Part shown: positions 12,794-25,980 of the stretch, one piece after another
How positions within the stretch are numbered: the first letter of the stretch is position 1
Layout of the letters: each line of letters opens with the position of its first letter
Origin: Octopus sinensis
Lineage: Eukaryota
DNA length: 64,000 nucleotides
Direction of reading: 5' to 3'
Assembly: GCF_006345805.1 (NCBI RefSeq)
Contig: NC_043013.1
Coordinates: forward strand, 6,696,001-6,760,000
The notes under the pieces: generated by a model
Databases searched by the model: none
Seen by the model: only the letters and a program-made list of their open reading frames with translations
Told to the model about the DNA's origin: nothing
Program-made: the position numbers and the translations under genes

Positions 12794-13291
12794 TATTATT
12801 ATTATTACTTTTTCCTCTTATACCTTCTTCATTTGTTAACTATCTTCCATGCTTCCCTCATTGGACGGCGGCCATCCTCGCGCAGCATTCGGTGGTTTTT
12901 GTTACATCAAGTACTTGGTATTTGATACTGTTTTCATTAGGTGAGAAAAAAATTTATTTCAAAGAGACTTAGTGTTTTGACACCAATAAACATCCTTCAT
13001 TACACACACACACACCACACACACACCACATATATGGCAAATAAAAGACGGAATATACGAGAATTTATTACTAATCACCACTATTGTTTCAACGCATCTA
13101 ACATCAGGCAGTGCAGATTTATCTCGTTTGGTAATAAATGCAACTCGATAGAATAATAATTCCGCAATGTAAGTTATCGTTTTGTAGAAAGAAAAGCAGC
13201 CAGACAAGGAAATATCTTCATTTATATAGAAGATCAAAAATAAAATCACAGATGGCAAACGGAGAAACGAACACGCAATCCAGGGAGAAAA

Positions 13292-13796
13292 GCTCTCATT
13301 AGCTTCTGATCTTAACTGATTGGAAGTGTTATCATGTACATTGTACGTCTTGGTATAAAAGATGGGCTACGGCAAATATTCTCCTCAATACCACAGATTA
13401 GCTTGTCAGTTGTTTGACCTTAACCAGTTGAGCATGTCCCTTAGTGGCTGACGATATGTGCATCTCTGATCACAAGCAGAAGTAGTTGGGCAGCATCATA
13501 GCCGTGTGTTGAAAGGAATTCTCTGGGGTTTGAATAATTCACCTCTGGAAACATGGGTGATTCGTTAACATCCTTAAACAACCCCTATTCAGGGACCTTT
13601 TGAGCGGATGGGCTACTCGACTAGAAGAAAATTCTAACTGGACCCCACCTGCAAGGTCATGCACTGCTTATCTTGATATGAAATTACCTTGTCTCGCACA
13701 TATGGTTGTAATGCATGTGCCTAGTGTATCCTTATTATGGGTTTCGTATATTTTCTCCCAGTGTCACTTTGATGGCATGCACTGCTCTCTCACTCA
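13292..13796 (+). mobile_element. Non-coding (TAA)n-tailed interspersed element (family D)
   Basis: Homologues at 40042-40519, 43200-43752 and 43773-43881; all end CTCACTCA-(TAA)n. Confidence 0.85.
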
Positions 13797-13805
13797 ATAA
13801 TAATA

Positions 13806-13841
<36 letters not shown>

Positions 13842-13849
13842 TAATAATA

Positions 13850-13882
<33 letters not shown>

Positions 13883-13931
13883 TGATGATGATGATGATGA
13901 TGATAATAATATAATAATAATAATAATAATA

Positions 13932-13963
<32 letters not shown>

Positions 13964-13967
13964 TAAT

Positions 13968-14181
13968 GGTTTCAAATTTTGGCAACAAAAGTAGCAATTT
14001 CGGGACCAGAGATGAGTCGAATACATCGACCGCTGTACTCAGCTGGTACTTATTTAGTCGACCCAGAAAGGATAAAAGGCAAAATCGATGTTGGTGGAAT
14101 TTGAACTGGGAACGTAGCGACGGACGATATGCCGCTAAGCCTTTTGCCCAGCGTGTTACGATTCTGCCATCTCGCCGCCTA
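13968..14181 (-). mobile_element. SINE B
   Basis: Reverse head, B-box and central domain. Confidence 0.85.
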
Positions 14182-14185
14182 ATGA

Positions 14186-14246
<61 letters not shown>

Positions 14247-14448
14247 GTACTGAGAAGAGCACTATTGCTGTGAAAATAACATCCATCCATGAATTTATTT
14301 ATTTATTAATTTTTAAATACATCTTATATCTGTGAATTTGCGCATGTAATCTGGGAATGCATACAATGCCCTTCTCTGCCCTAGGTGTATGGAAAACACT
14401 CGGCGAGAAACGGAAGAAAATTTGAAGAAAGAAGGAAAAAATAATAAT

Positions 14449-14662
14449 ACCTTCTACTGGAGGCACAAGGCCTCAAATTTGTTGGATAGGAACTAATCAA
14501 TTATATCAACCGCAATATTTCACTGGTACTTAATTTTTCGACTCCATAAGGATGAAAAGCAATGTCGAGCTCGACGGAATTTGAACTCAGAACATGAAGA
14601 CAGATGAAATACTATCAAGCATTTGTCCCGGCTTGCTGACGATTCTGCCAGCTCGCCGCCTT
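14449..14662 (-). mobile_element. SINE B
   Basis: Full head to standard tail (GGCCTTGTGCCTCCAGTAGAAGG). Confidence 0.88.
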
Positions 14663-14681
14663 AGTAATAATAATAATACTA

Positions 14682-14771
<90 letters not shown>

Positions 14772-14775
14772 AGTA

Positions 14776-14928
14776 GTATTTCGTCTGGCGTTACGTTCTA
14801 AGTTTAAATTCCACCGAGGTAGACTTTGTCTTTCATCCTTTCGGAGTCGATTAAATGAGTAGCAGTTACGCACCGGGGTCGATGTAATCGACTTAATCCC
14901 TTCATCTGTCCTTGTTTGTCCCCTCTAG
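14776..14928 (+). mobile_element. SINE B' (headless, starts at GTATTTCG)
   Basis: B' tail TTAATCCCTTCATCTGTCCTTGTTTGTCCCCTCT. Confidence 0.85.
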
Positions 14929-15145
14929 AGTGCCGTTTGTCCAAATTTGGCCAAATGCGTTTCTTTTCAATATTTACTTTTGCTTGCATTAGCTGGTTTC
15001 CGTCAAACTATCGTATCTCCAGCTGCTCTGATATCAAAAATTGTCAAAGTTTTGTAGAACGGTTTTGCTATGGAATAGGGAAACTATTTTTTCCGTCTAC
15101 TGAAAAAGCAACGTTTTGGACTTACGACACTTTTGCAAAATAGGC

Positions 15146-15193
<48 letters not shown>

Positions 15194-16080
15194 CACAATT
15201 ATCATGCTGGGAAGACTATACAGGCCGACACCAGCAAAAAGCACGAAGGCGCGCGCGCGCACACACACACATGCACACACACACACACATACACACACGT
15301 ACGCACAAAATTAGAAAAGCGATTGCACACTCTAAATTCGCTTCCAAAGCCTTTTCCGGCAGTTTAAAAAAGAAAAGGTTTAAAGCAGATATAGCAAAAA
15401 TAATTAATAAATTACGAAAATGTCTTCGAATCATTAAAATTTAAATAACAGTTGAAAATTTTGAAATGTTACGCGTAAATGTTCCGAAAAGTGGCGAGAT
15501 TTGAGGGAATACGAGATTTAGAGTAATTAAGATTTAGTCAGATCATAATATCACGCGAAATCAATTTTGCTACAATTCTCTAAGTGTTGCCAGGCAACAG
15601 AAAATGAGAAATGGGAGTAGAAGATATTTGTTCTTGAAATTTTTTTTATAAATTTTTTTTTTCGTGATATGTCAAGCGGAATGAGGTTTGTGCAGAACAT
15701 CACTAAAAGACTATTGTTTGGAAACATGTTCAAAGATATAACAACAAAGACAGATAAGGAACAGCTAAGGAAGGTACAATGACATGTTGCAATAGAGACA
15801 AAACAAGCGGAAATGGCAAAATACCAAAGACGTATTATCTTTGCTACGAGCAACGTTTTTTTATAGTAAAGCAGTTAGTTTCTGATTAAAAGGAAAAAAA
15901 AAATGTTTTATTCTTCTTTACACACAGTGTGTTATATCTGCCTTTTGAAATTTCGGGAGGAGTTTATTTGTGTATGCACTCATGTGTGTGCTTTGTTTAA
16001 TTACGTTTGAAAAAAAAAAGGCTGAATTGCAAATGTATGTTCATATTTAGAAGGCAATATTATTTATGTGAGGTATATTT

Positions 16081-16950
16081 GCCATCGCAATATGGCTAAC
16101 CACTAAGGGTGGGTGTTACTGTAGCTTGTAGCCCCAGGAGAACATCGTCTCCAGCTGGCTTTAGGCACACATTCTGTGCCCTTATGGTATTTGCAACGGG
16201 AAGGTCATCCTTCCCTCGTCAACTTAAGTGATACGCACGGACTGCAGTTTCTAGGTATTGACCTGTCCTCAGCGTACGGCAATATTATTTATCTTCCGCT
16301 TAAAGTGGATGTTGTTTTAGAGTACGGAGTATGGCGTTATTTACCAAGAGAGAACTTATCAAATTCGCTTTCGGTGCATATAAACACTCGTGTTTATATC
16401 GCTGGCGGGTGATAACACTCTTTTAACGGCCAAGGAAGGCCGAAATCACGTGATCTGGCTGATACGACAGCCGTAGCGGCGGTTCCCAACCACCAGCAAA
16501 ATAAATACGAAAGCTTATATGGAACAGAAGTCCATATGAGAAGTTTTTTCATGGATGGTATTTAAAACAGCAATCTGTGGAAGATAAATATTACCTTTTG
16601 GTAATATTGCCTCAGTCGTTACTAATTAATCATTTTTTAATAAACCCACCGGTTTTTTGCGACATCAGTGCCCGAATAGGTATTGGGATTGAACATATAT
16701 ATCATTGATAGGAGAATTGACTGCAACCTTTAGCCACCGACGTCTGCCATGGAGAAGACCAAGGAGAGCCCTGTAGGTGCTGAAGCAAAAGTTTATCGAC
16801 CGCCAGCGATATAAACACGAGCGCTCCTATGCACCGCAAGTCCATATGAGAGGATCTCTCGTGGTAAGTAACGCAGTATTCCGCTGTCTACTATAAGTAG
16901 AACATAAATATTACCTTTTGGTATTAGTATTGCCTCTGTCGCTTTTAATT
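16081..16950. repeat. Unclassified element sharing ~45 bp with the Helitron at 9765-9812; internal inverted and direct repeats
   Basis: GCCATC.CAATATGGCTAACCAC..GTGTTACTGTAGCT shared; IR ~16368-16423/16788-16841; DR ~16527-16625/16839-16950. Confidence 0.55.
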
Positions 16951-17564
16951 ATGTTCATATTTGTTTTGATAAAAGAGTTGGCGACAGATAGTCAGATATG
17001 GCGTGAGAGCCTTATGCTAATTAACCCTAAGTACTTGTAGAAACTTCAGCATTATCATATTTCATCTGACAATGTCTGTCATCTCATTAACGCTTTTATA
17101 CTTTTACCCACTACGTTTATAATATCCGTTTTACGTTTCAGACACGAATATGACAATTCCGAATGATTACTTCTTGCGTTCTCCTACTTTTCTTTTGATG
17201 CTGAGCTGGATTCCGTTGTGCGTTTGTGTATGTGTGTGTGTTTATATATATTGTGTGTGTGTGTATCTACCTGTATGTATGTGAATGTATGCATATTTAC
17301 ATACACATACAAACATATATGTACAGAATAATTCATACAGAAGCACAAAAGTATAGAGGAACCCATCGGATTAATGTAAAATTGTTCCTATTATAACTGA
17401 ATATACAAACAAATATTAATATATAGACACGCTCACATATATATTCATATGTGTATCTATATAACATTTTGTTTATATACATGAAGGTGTGTGTATGGAT
17501 GGATGGATGGATGGATCTATGTACACGTCTGAGACTTCTGTATTGTATAGTTATAGACATAGGC

Positions 17565-17645
17565 AAAATCGATTCGTTCTGAGTTCAAATTCCGCCGAGA
17601 TTCACTTTCTCATTCATCCTCTAGGGCTCGTTGAAATAAGTACGA
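17565..17645 (+). mobile_element. SINE B fragment
   Basis: GTTCTGAGTTCAAATTCCGCCGAG... Confidence 0.75.
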
Positions 17646-17655
17646 ATTGAGCAAT

Positions 17656-17733
17656 TCTTCTACTATAGTCTCGTGAGTGGATTGGTAGACGGAGACTGAA
17701 AGAAACCTGCCGTATATATATATATATATATGT

Positions 17734-17796
<63 letters not shown>

Positions 17797-17829
17797 TTAT
17801 ATATATATATATATATATATGGTGTGTGT

Positions 17830-17877
<48 letters not shown>

Positions 17878-18096
17878 GTGTGTGTATATGTTTGTGTATC
17901 TGTCGCTGTCCCTTCTATCGCTTGATAACTGATGCTGGTGTGTTTACGACTCGGTAACTTAGCACTTCGGAAAAAGTGACCGATAGAATAAGTACTAGGC
18001 TTACAACGAATAAGTCCTTGGGTCGATTTGTTCGACTAAAGGTGGTGCTAGAGCACGGCCGCAGTCAAATGTCTAAAACAAATAATAGAATAAAAG
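17656..18096 (+). mobile_element. SINE A, 5'-truncated, with expanded internal microsatellite
   Basis: Core, 3' body and tail match family A. Confidence 0.85.
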
Positions 18097-18214
18097 TATA
18101 ATATATATATATATAATATATAATATATATATATAGATATATATATATATATATACACATATATATATCTATATATATATATATATATATACATATATAT
18201 ATACATATATATAT

Positions 18215-18253
<39 letters not shown>

Positions 18254-18292
18254 GTATGTATATACATATACATATATGTATGTATGTATATT

Positions 18293-18325
<33 letters not shown>

Positions 18326-19065
18326 TTGCGTGTGTGTGTGCATATATATATATATGTATATATATATATTTACATATGTGCGTGTGTGTGCGTGTGTGTC
18401 TGTGTGTTCGAACCTTTTATCAGTTAATGTTTGTTGTTTAATCAATGCCAACATCAACACACACGCATCCGCATAGTCATGAATACTGGTATACAGAAAC
18501 CCACACTCACACACACACACACACACACGCACACACACACACACGCATACACATACACACATACATACACACACACGCGCATACACGTGGATGCATTGAG
18601 CTGACATTTTGTAATTTCCTTTCCCGATACGGATGGTATTAGTGGTTGCAGTTGCCATGGTGATGGCTTTTTTTTTGTTGTCTTCTGTAATTTTAGGATT
18701 GTTTAGAGGAAGGGAGATGGAGAGAGAGAGAGAGAGAGAAAGAGAGCGAGATTCAGAGAGAAAGAGAAAGAGAGAGAGAAAGAAAGAAAGATAGAGGGGA
18801 GAAAAACAGAAAGAAAGAAAGAAAGAAGAAAGAAGAAAAGAAAGAAGAAAAGAAAATGCGAAGTCATGGAATATTAGGTAGGAAATCGTGATGGTGGTGG
18901 TGGTAGTGGTGATTGTGATGTTGATAATAACGGTGGTGAATATGTTTGTGGTGGTTGGGGTGGTGTAGTTGGTAGGCGTGGTGGCGATGACGGGGTTGTT
19001 TGTGGTGATGATGTTGAATTGTTATGGTTGTAGTGATGGTTGTGCTTGTGTTGGTATTGTTGTTG

Positions 19066-19097
<32 letters not shown>

Positions 19098-19189
19098 GGC
19101 TGTGGTGGCGATATTGCTTTTAGAGAAGAGATATCAGCACGAATGGTAAAAGAGGCGGGGCGGAAATCGGAAAAATATATTTGAATAAA

Positions 19190-19860
19190 AGAATAAGTGA
19201 ATGGAAAGAAAGAGAGAAAGAAAGAAAGAAACAGACAAACAAACATACAAAAAAGAAAGAGAGAAAAAAAGAAAGAACGAGAGGGAGAAAGAGACACAGA
19301 GAAGGACAAGAATACGATTTTCAAAAGAAAGAAGGAAAGAAAGAAAGCAAAAGGAAAGAAAGAAAGAAAAAAGGAAAGAAAGAAAGAAACAGACAAACAA
19401 ACATACAAAAAAGAAAGAGAGAAAAAAAGAAAGAACGAGAGGGAGAAAGAGACACAGAGAAGGACAAGAATACGATTTTCAAAAGAAAGAAAGAAAGAAA
19501 GAAAGAAAAAAGGAAAGAAAGAAAGAAACAGACAAACAAACATACAAAAAAGAAAGAGAGAAAAAAAGAAAGAACGAGAGGGAGAAAGAGACACAGAGAA
19601 GGACAAGAATACGATTTTCAAAAGAAAGAAAGAAAGAAAGAGAAAGAAAGAAAGAAAGAAAGCAAAAGGAAAGAAAGAAAGAAAAAGGAAAGAAAGAAAG
19701 AAAGAAAAAAGGAAAGAAAGAAAGAAAAAGGTAAGAAGGAAATAACGAGAGGGAGAAAGAGACCCAGAAAAGGACAAGAATACGATTTTCAAAAGAAAGA
19801 AGGAAAGAAAGACAAAAAGAAAGAAAGAAAGAATAAATGAGTGATTGAAAGAGACAAAAT
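19190..19860. repeat. Purine-rich minisatellite, ~140-160 bp period, 3.5 units
   Basis: ACAGACAAACAAACATACAAAA...GGACAAGAATACGATTTTCAAAAG repeated near 19230, 19390, 19530, partial near 19750. Confidence 0.92.
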
Positions 19861-21042
19861 GTAAAGAGAAAATAAAGTAGGGAGAAAAATTAAATAGGCT
19901 GTAAATGGTTATTAAATGAAGGAAATCCATGAAGTGGAAGGGTTTAGTATTGAAAAAAATGAATGACAATAGAAAATGGGACAAAATTGCAAAATAATAA
20001 AGAATATGAGCGAAAAAACTGTGAGAACAGGTAGAGCAGCAAGGAAAATGGGTCGCTACGATTACGGCACTTTATACTGTGAGTTCAATTCTATCAAGGT
20101 TAACTCTACCTTTTACTCGCCCACGGTTGATAAAATAAAGTATCATGTCAATACTGTGGTTGCCCTAATTTGTCTGAGACTTGAGCTACCAATCCAAAAC
20201 TCGGCATACCTGGCACCAGTGGGTTACAGGAGACATCAAAGAGAATGCGCACCGTTTCAGGGCCTTCCCTTTGGATGTCTTTATAGCACACCGTTTCACC
20301 GTCGTGAAGCTCTTCCTACTGGTTCGACCGACTAGTATTTAACCATCGACATTCTATCGACATATCTATCATTTATCGACATATCTATCAGGCGTATGAT
20401 ATCTTCAAACAATGAGGTCATGGACGAATGATGTTAGTATCGCTTGTTCTGCATTAAGAACGGGTATGGATCTGAAACCCGTTGTTCACGGTATAAAATT
20501 GTGAGGAGAAGCAGTACTCCAAGGTGTGCTGTTTAGCGGTGAAAGACATATAGTGTGAATATATGTTTAGGAATGATGTATGTATCTTATTAGAAGAATT
20601 CTTACAGAGAAGAATAAATTTAGGAACTATATATTTATTACATAAAATATATTTTATTCACTGGTTGTCAATGACACATAATCAAAATGTAGAAACTAAT
20701 TGAATGAAATAATCTATGTAAGAAAGTTCAGAAATGTAGAAATAACAGCTAAATAGTGGTATTTAGTAATGTGGCATAGATAAATAGACAGGCATAGCAA
20801 CGGCGTGAATGGCTAATCGACAAAGAAGCAAAGAGCAGGGCAAGCAAACTGTTTTTATTAAGGAACGCTAGACATTCTAGAAACTTTCAAGAGAAATGCG
20901 AAGCTTCTTCAATAATTAAGAATTACTTCGCATGAAATGTAATCTTCCGAGAAACTCACTAAAGGGAGATTACTCTATAATACTTCTTGCATGATTATAT
21001 CATTGAACTATTTTAGTTACAGACAAGAAACTACTACAGACA

Positions 21043-21515
21043 TAATCCTTTCTACTGGAGACACAAGGCCTCAAATTAGAGGGGAGGGCACAAGTCGATT
21101 ACATCGACCCCCACTGTTTCACTGGTACTTAATCTATCGACCCCGAAAGGATGAAAGGCAAAGTCGACCTCGGCGGAATTTGAACTCAGAACGTAGCGGC
21201 AGACGAAATACCTATTTCTTTACTACCCACAAGGGGCTAAACACAGAGAGGACAAACAAGGACAGACAAACGGATTAAGTCGATTATATCAACCCCAGTG
21301 AGTAACTGCGTAACAGAGGGGACAAACAAGGACAGACAAAATGATTAAGTTGATTATATCGACCTCAGTGCGTAACTGGTACTTATTTAATCGACCCCGA
21401 AAGGATGAAAGGCAAAGTCGACCTGGGCGGAATTAGAACTCAGAACGTAGCGGCAGACGAAATGCCACTAAGCATTTCGCCCGGCGTGCTAACGTTTCTG
21501 CCAGATCGCCGCCTT
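21043..21515 (-). mobile_element. SINE B dimer (B' plus headless B) with internal ~70 bp tandem duplication
   Basis: Junction GAAATAG|GTATTTCG near 21211; duplicated GGACAAACAAGGACAGACAAA block. Confidence 0.9.
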
Positions 21516-21683
21516 TGTGAAAGACATAATAATAATGATTTCTTATTTTTTTATTGAAAAAATAATTTGTATTTCTTTTGATCTAAAAAAAAAATACTTT
21601 TATAATTATGATTTGTTTTATTTTAATTACATTTTTTTCTTTATTTTTTAAGGAAAGAAATAATAATAATAATAATAATAATA

Positions 21684-21736
<53 letters not shown>

Positions 21737-22311
21737 GATCACTATATCAGCATGTAACTTTACTGCAAAATTGCTGACAAACTAACTTTGCACACCTTTC
21801 ATAGAACAGAAAGACAAAATGAAAACAAAAATCAAAGAATTAACAAGAACATTCTACATCGTTCAAACGCACGTGGACAAACCAGAAGCTATATCGTCAG
21901 AGCACCAACTGACAGGCAGTAGAAGATCGGAGGGAAAGAGCAGAATGGACAGAACGAACTATACAGGTATAAAAGGTGGAAAGAAGAACCAAACAAAATG
22001 ATATTTAGAGAAAGGAGTTGTGAAGAGCAACAGTGAAAGAAAGAAAGAGAGACAGAATGAGATATTGTGTGTGAGAGAGAGGGCGAAATACAATGAATGC
22101 GCTCGCGCGTGTGATAGTATTACTATTTTGTTTTTATGTGAAATTACATATAAAAATGATTTAACATTAAATTGAAAGGTCACGCAATATTTTTTGTAGA
22201 CGTGTTTTGACATTTTTACAGCGTAAAGATTTACGATGGCTTCGTAGTTTGGAGTTACTAATCTGAAACTACGAAGCCATGGTCAACCGTTTCCCACTGA
22301 AAATTAATAGA

Positions 22312-22340
22312 CATGGCTGTGTGGTAAGAAGCTTGCTTCC
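22312..22340 (+). mobile_element. SINE A head fragment abutting the Tx1 5' end
   Basis: CATGGCTGTGTGGTAAGAAGCTTGCTTCC. Confidence 0.7.
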
Positions 22341-25300
22341 GGTCGTTGACTGATGTCAGTGCTGTTCTTGCTCCGTAAGGAATTTCATCGTTTCATATTG
22401 GATTTGTTACTGTTGGACTTATTGTATTTTTGGATTGTTATTATTTGTGAACTTTGTACTGTTGCCCGGTGTACCGGGTGATAGAAATTGTTATTTCTTT
22501 TTGTAGCTATTGTGGCAATTTTCAAACAAAATATTTTAAAAAATTGGACTTGTTAAAGGCGTTTTAGATTTTATTATTGTGCACCGCCCAATGCGGGGGC
22601 GGGATTTGAACCATTGACAAAGAATTTATAAACTGTTTTTTTTTCGAAAATTATTATAGGTTTTCCTTGTGGAAAACCGATTTTTGTTACATTTTCTTGT
22701 GTAATTAACGTCGGCCGAGCATGTCGGTCGAAATTATATATGAAAAATGCACTCTCGAAGAGAGTAATGTTAACTCTGTTAGAAAGTTTTCGGTGATTGC
22801 CGCTGTGGCAACCGAAAATATTGATTTCCTGTAGAGAAGCTACATTCAAGAGAATGAAGGAGGAGGATGGGGATTAAAATATCACCCCTCCCCCTTCAAA
22901 ACGGTTGAAACTGACCGAAAAACAATAATATTGAAATCGTTCTGTCCAAAAACCAAACGATTTAAACATGTCGAAAAAGAGAAAATTGCCAAAATGACTT
23001 CCCCGATTTGGAAAAACGTAGCGTATATTGCGAAGGGCAAGACGTATGGTAACGTTGAGGTGCGGTTCGCGTCTGAGGAGAAGGCCCGCGGGTAATTTGT
23101 GATACCCCTAAAAACAGAAGATGTGGTGCCTCTGCCAACCTACATAGGAAGAATGACATCCGTTGTAAATGTGACAGAAGTGCCACTAGAAGTAGACCCG
23201 AGAAAGGTGATGGCCACCCTGTTTTTTAACAGGACGGACAAAATCCAATTTCTCCAGATTACATGCTCTGCTCTGCAGAATTGGCTCGGGCAGAGCATCT
23301 CGGCAATCATTCAGGGAGCTCAGGAAGACATTGAAATACTTCCAGATCAGATACTTGTGGGTGAGAATATTATATTGAGAATCTCTGTCGAAGGGAAAAA
23401 AGCACCTGATTCGAATGTGACAAAACGAGCCACATTCGGGCAGATTGTGATTTTAAAAAAAGGAGAAGATGCAGACACGTCGAGGACATTAGTGGTGTAA
23501 GGAGACTTTAACGCTATCGTTGACGCACGCATCGATAGTGTGGGCTTGAATGGTAGAAACGTAAACTCACGTCTCGTGGATCTGCTTAAGCGTTTTCAGC
23601 AGGCAGACCGTTACAGGCTTGACCATCCGAATGGACCTGGATTAGTGCTGACGGAAGGCTCAAGTCTTAGTTACACAAGATAGTGATAAGAACTAGATAT
23701 AAGGCTAGTTTTAGCTGTCCACAACTTGTTCAAGCGTCCTACATTGACCATAGAAATGTAGGCTGAACATAGATAGCACTGTTAAGCGAGAATCTGGCTA
23801 CTGGAAGCTAAACAAGTAAATTTTGACTTGCGATGCATTCTGCAGCTGGATTAAGGAACTAGTACAGAGGGAATTAACCGGAGTCATGGTTAACAACCGG
23901 TGGTGGTTCGCCCTTAATAGAGCCATTCGTTTTGAGTCAATTAGGTTTAGCCACCAGCAAAAACTAGATAAGGTCAGAATAGAAGGGTAATTAGTTAACG
24001 ACTTAGAGGAGGCGTTGAGGTTGGCTCTGCATCACACATTTTGGTAGCAAGGACGGCCTTGGACTGTCACCTCAAAGCCAAACACGAGGGTTGCAGAGTT
24101 CGGGCTCAAGTACGAGCATTGGGCTGTGAGGTTATTAAATTTATCGGACAGGCCGTACGGTAGGAACCCAGCGTGACAATGATGCCACAATTAGGTCTCT
24201 GGTGGATGACAGTGGGTGTTCGGTCGAAGGACGGGACGAGATGTGTGAGGCGCTATACAAGCACTTTACTGAGTTGTCCGGGAGGAGCGGAACGCTGGCT
24301 CATAGTGAGGCCCTTAGGGACTTCTTGTCTGGTGGCCCTCACCTCTCGGCACGAGAGGCAGAGTGCTGCAAGAGGCCAATCACAGCCAAGGTGGTGATCG
24401 AGATGCTGGGCGAATGCCCTGCGGAGAAGTCACCGGGTCTAGATGGTCTACCTTATGAATTTTATAACAGCATGTCAGACTTGTTCGGGCACCGGCTGGC
24501 CAGCGTTTACGCCAACTGGTAGCAGAATGGGAGAATTCCCAAATATGCGAGCCGAGGGGTGGGGACGCTGATCAGAACCAAGGGGGACGAGATAAGTCAT
24601 TTTAGGCCCATAACTCTGCTAAATACAGAGTTAAAGATTTTGGCCAAGGTGCTAGCGAAAAGGTTGGCGCGGTGGTAGACAGACTTGTTCGGGGGCGGTA
24701 GCCTGCGCCATCTTGGGCAGGTCGATCCACGACAATCTCTACCTTATACGCTACTCCTTAGAGAGGGTAGGGAAACTTTCTGGTGTAAGGGACACAGTCT
24801 AAAGCATAAGTCTAAAGAGTCGACCATTAGTACTTGAAGGCGGTCCTCGAGAAGGCTGGCCTGGGCCCGCCTTCTGCGGTTGGATTGCTTTTTGTACAGT
24901 GACTTCGAGTCGTAAAAGTGAATGTTTTTTTTTCTCGAAATCATTCAGGATCGAACGCTGAGTGTGTTAGGGTGTCCCCTGTCCCCGCTTCTGTAAGTAT
25001 TAACTCTTGAGCCATTGCTACGGAGGTTGAAGTCACTAGGGGGCGCCCGAATGATCTGTGGTGTGGAGAGGAGCTACGGCGTATGCGGATGACATACTCA
25101 TCATCGTGGCGGATGAGGGCCAGTTTCCAGTGGTGGAAGAGGCCATCAAAAGTTACGAGACGGTGGCAGGAGCAAAGGGGAACAAGGAGAAGTCAGTCGA
25201 TTTGCAACTCGGCATCTGGAGGGCCAAGCCGATGACGTCCGATAACGTCGTCGGGCGTTGGATGGAAGCTTCTTAAGATGCTCGGAGTATTGTTTGGTCC

Positions 25301-25980
25301 AGACCTCCATATAGAGAAAAATTGGAGTGAGGTAACCAGCAAGGTGACTGCTCTAACCCAGACCTAGTCTGGACGGGCGTTATCCTTGCTAGGGAGGTCG
25401 GAGGTGATGCAGATGTTTATAACATTAGTTATCACCTACCGTGGTGCCTTGCCCCGATTTGTGGATGAAAAAGTTGGAGAGAATCCTTTTCTGCTTTTTG
25501 TGGAAGGGAGGGAAGCCGCTTGTGAAGCGCTCTGTCTGCTTCCAGAAACCGCTAAAGAGTGCATTAGGGATGCCTTAGCTGAAGATGTGAAAACTCACGT
25601 TAAGGTTGGGGCACCACTGGCTTTACCTGGATGGGGATCAGGTGTGGTCACCGCACGTCCGGTTCTACCTTCGGCGTTTAACGTCCTTGATGGACATTGG
25701 AGCATGGATCAAGCAGAGACCTAGTCTGGAAGACTGGCAATTGGAGTGCCGTCAGGCACTTCAGCTACTGTGTCGGGCGGGCAATGCCGGCAGCAGGACT
25801 ACCACCGCGGATTTGTTTAGCGGGTTAGGGGAAGCCTTAGGGGAAGCCCCGATCTACGATGAAAATCAGTTGATCAACCTGTTCAGGAGAGCTTTTGGGC
25901 CGGGGTATCTGGATAATTAGCAGAAATCCCTGGCGTGGCAGTGCTTCCGTGCGGCGTTACCTGTTCGGGACAAAATGTCA
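22341..25980 (+). mobile_element. Decayed Tx1/L1-clade non-LTR retrotransposon (5'UTR, ORF1, internally deleted ORF2, 3'-truncated)
   Basis: ORF1 ~22780-23470 with zinc-knuckle remnant FECDKTSHIRADC; ORF2 motifs GDFNA, GYWKLN, KSPGLDGLPYEFY, FRPITLLNTELKILAKVLAKRL, GCPLSP, AYADD, ALPVRDK; many stops and frameshifts. Confidence 0.93.

Noticed and set aside
13078-13112. Minus-strand CTGATGT..GAAAC (possible HHR)
   Set aside because: A9 missing and no stem II pairing.
19022-19984. 320 aa hydrophobic ORF and Lys/Arg/Glu-rich ORFs
   Set aside because: Products of the purine-rich minisatellite; no domain signal.
22574-22849. 91 aa minus-strand ORF superficially like an ORF1 N-terminus
   Set aside because: The plus strand already encodes the Tx1 5'UTR and ORF1 start, homologous to 35810.
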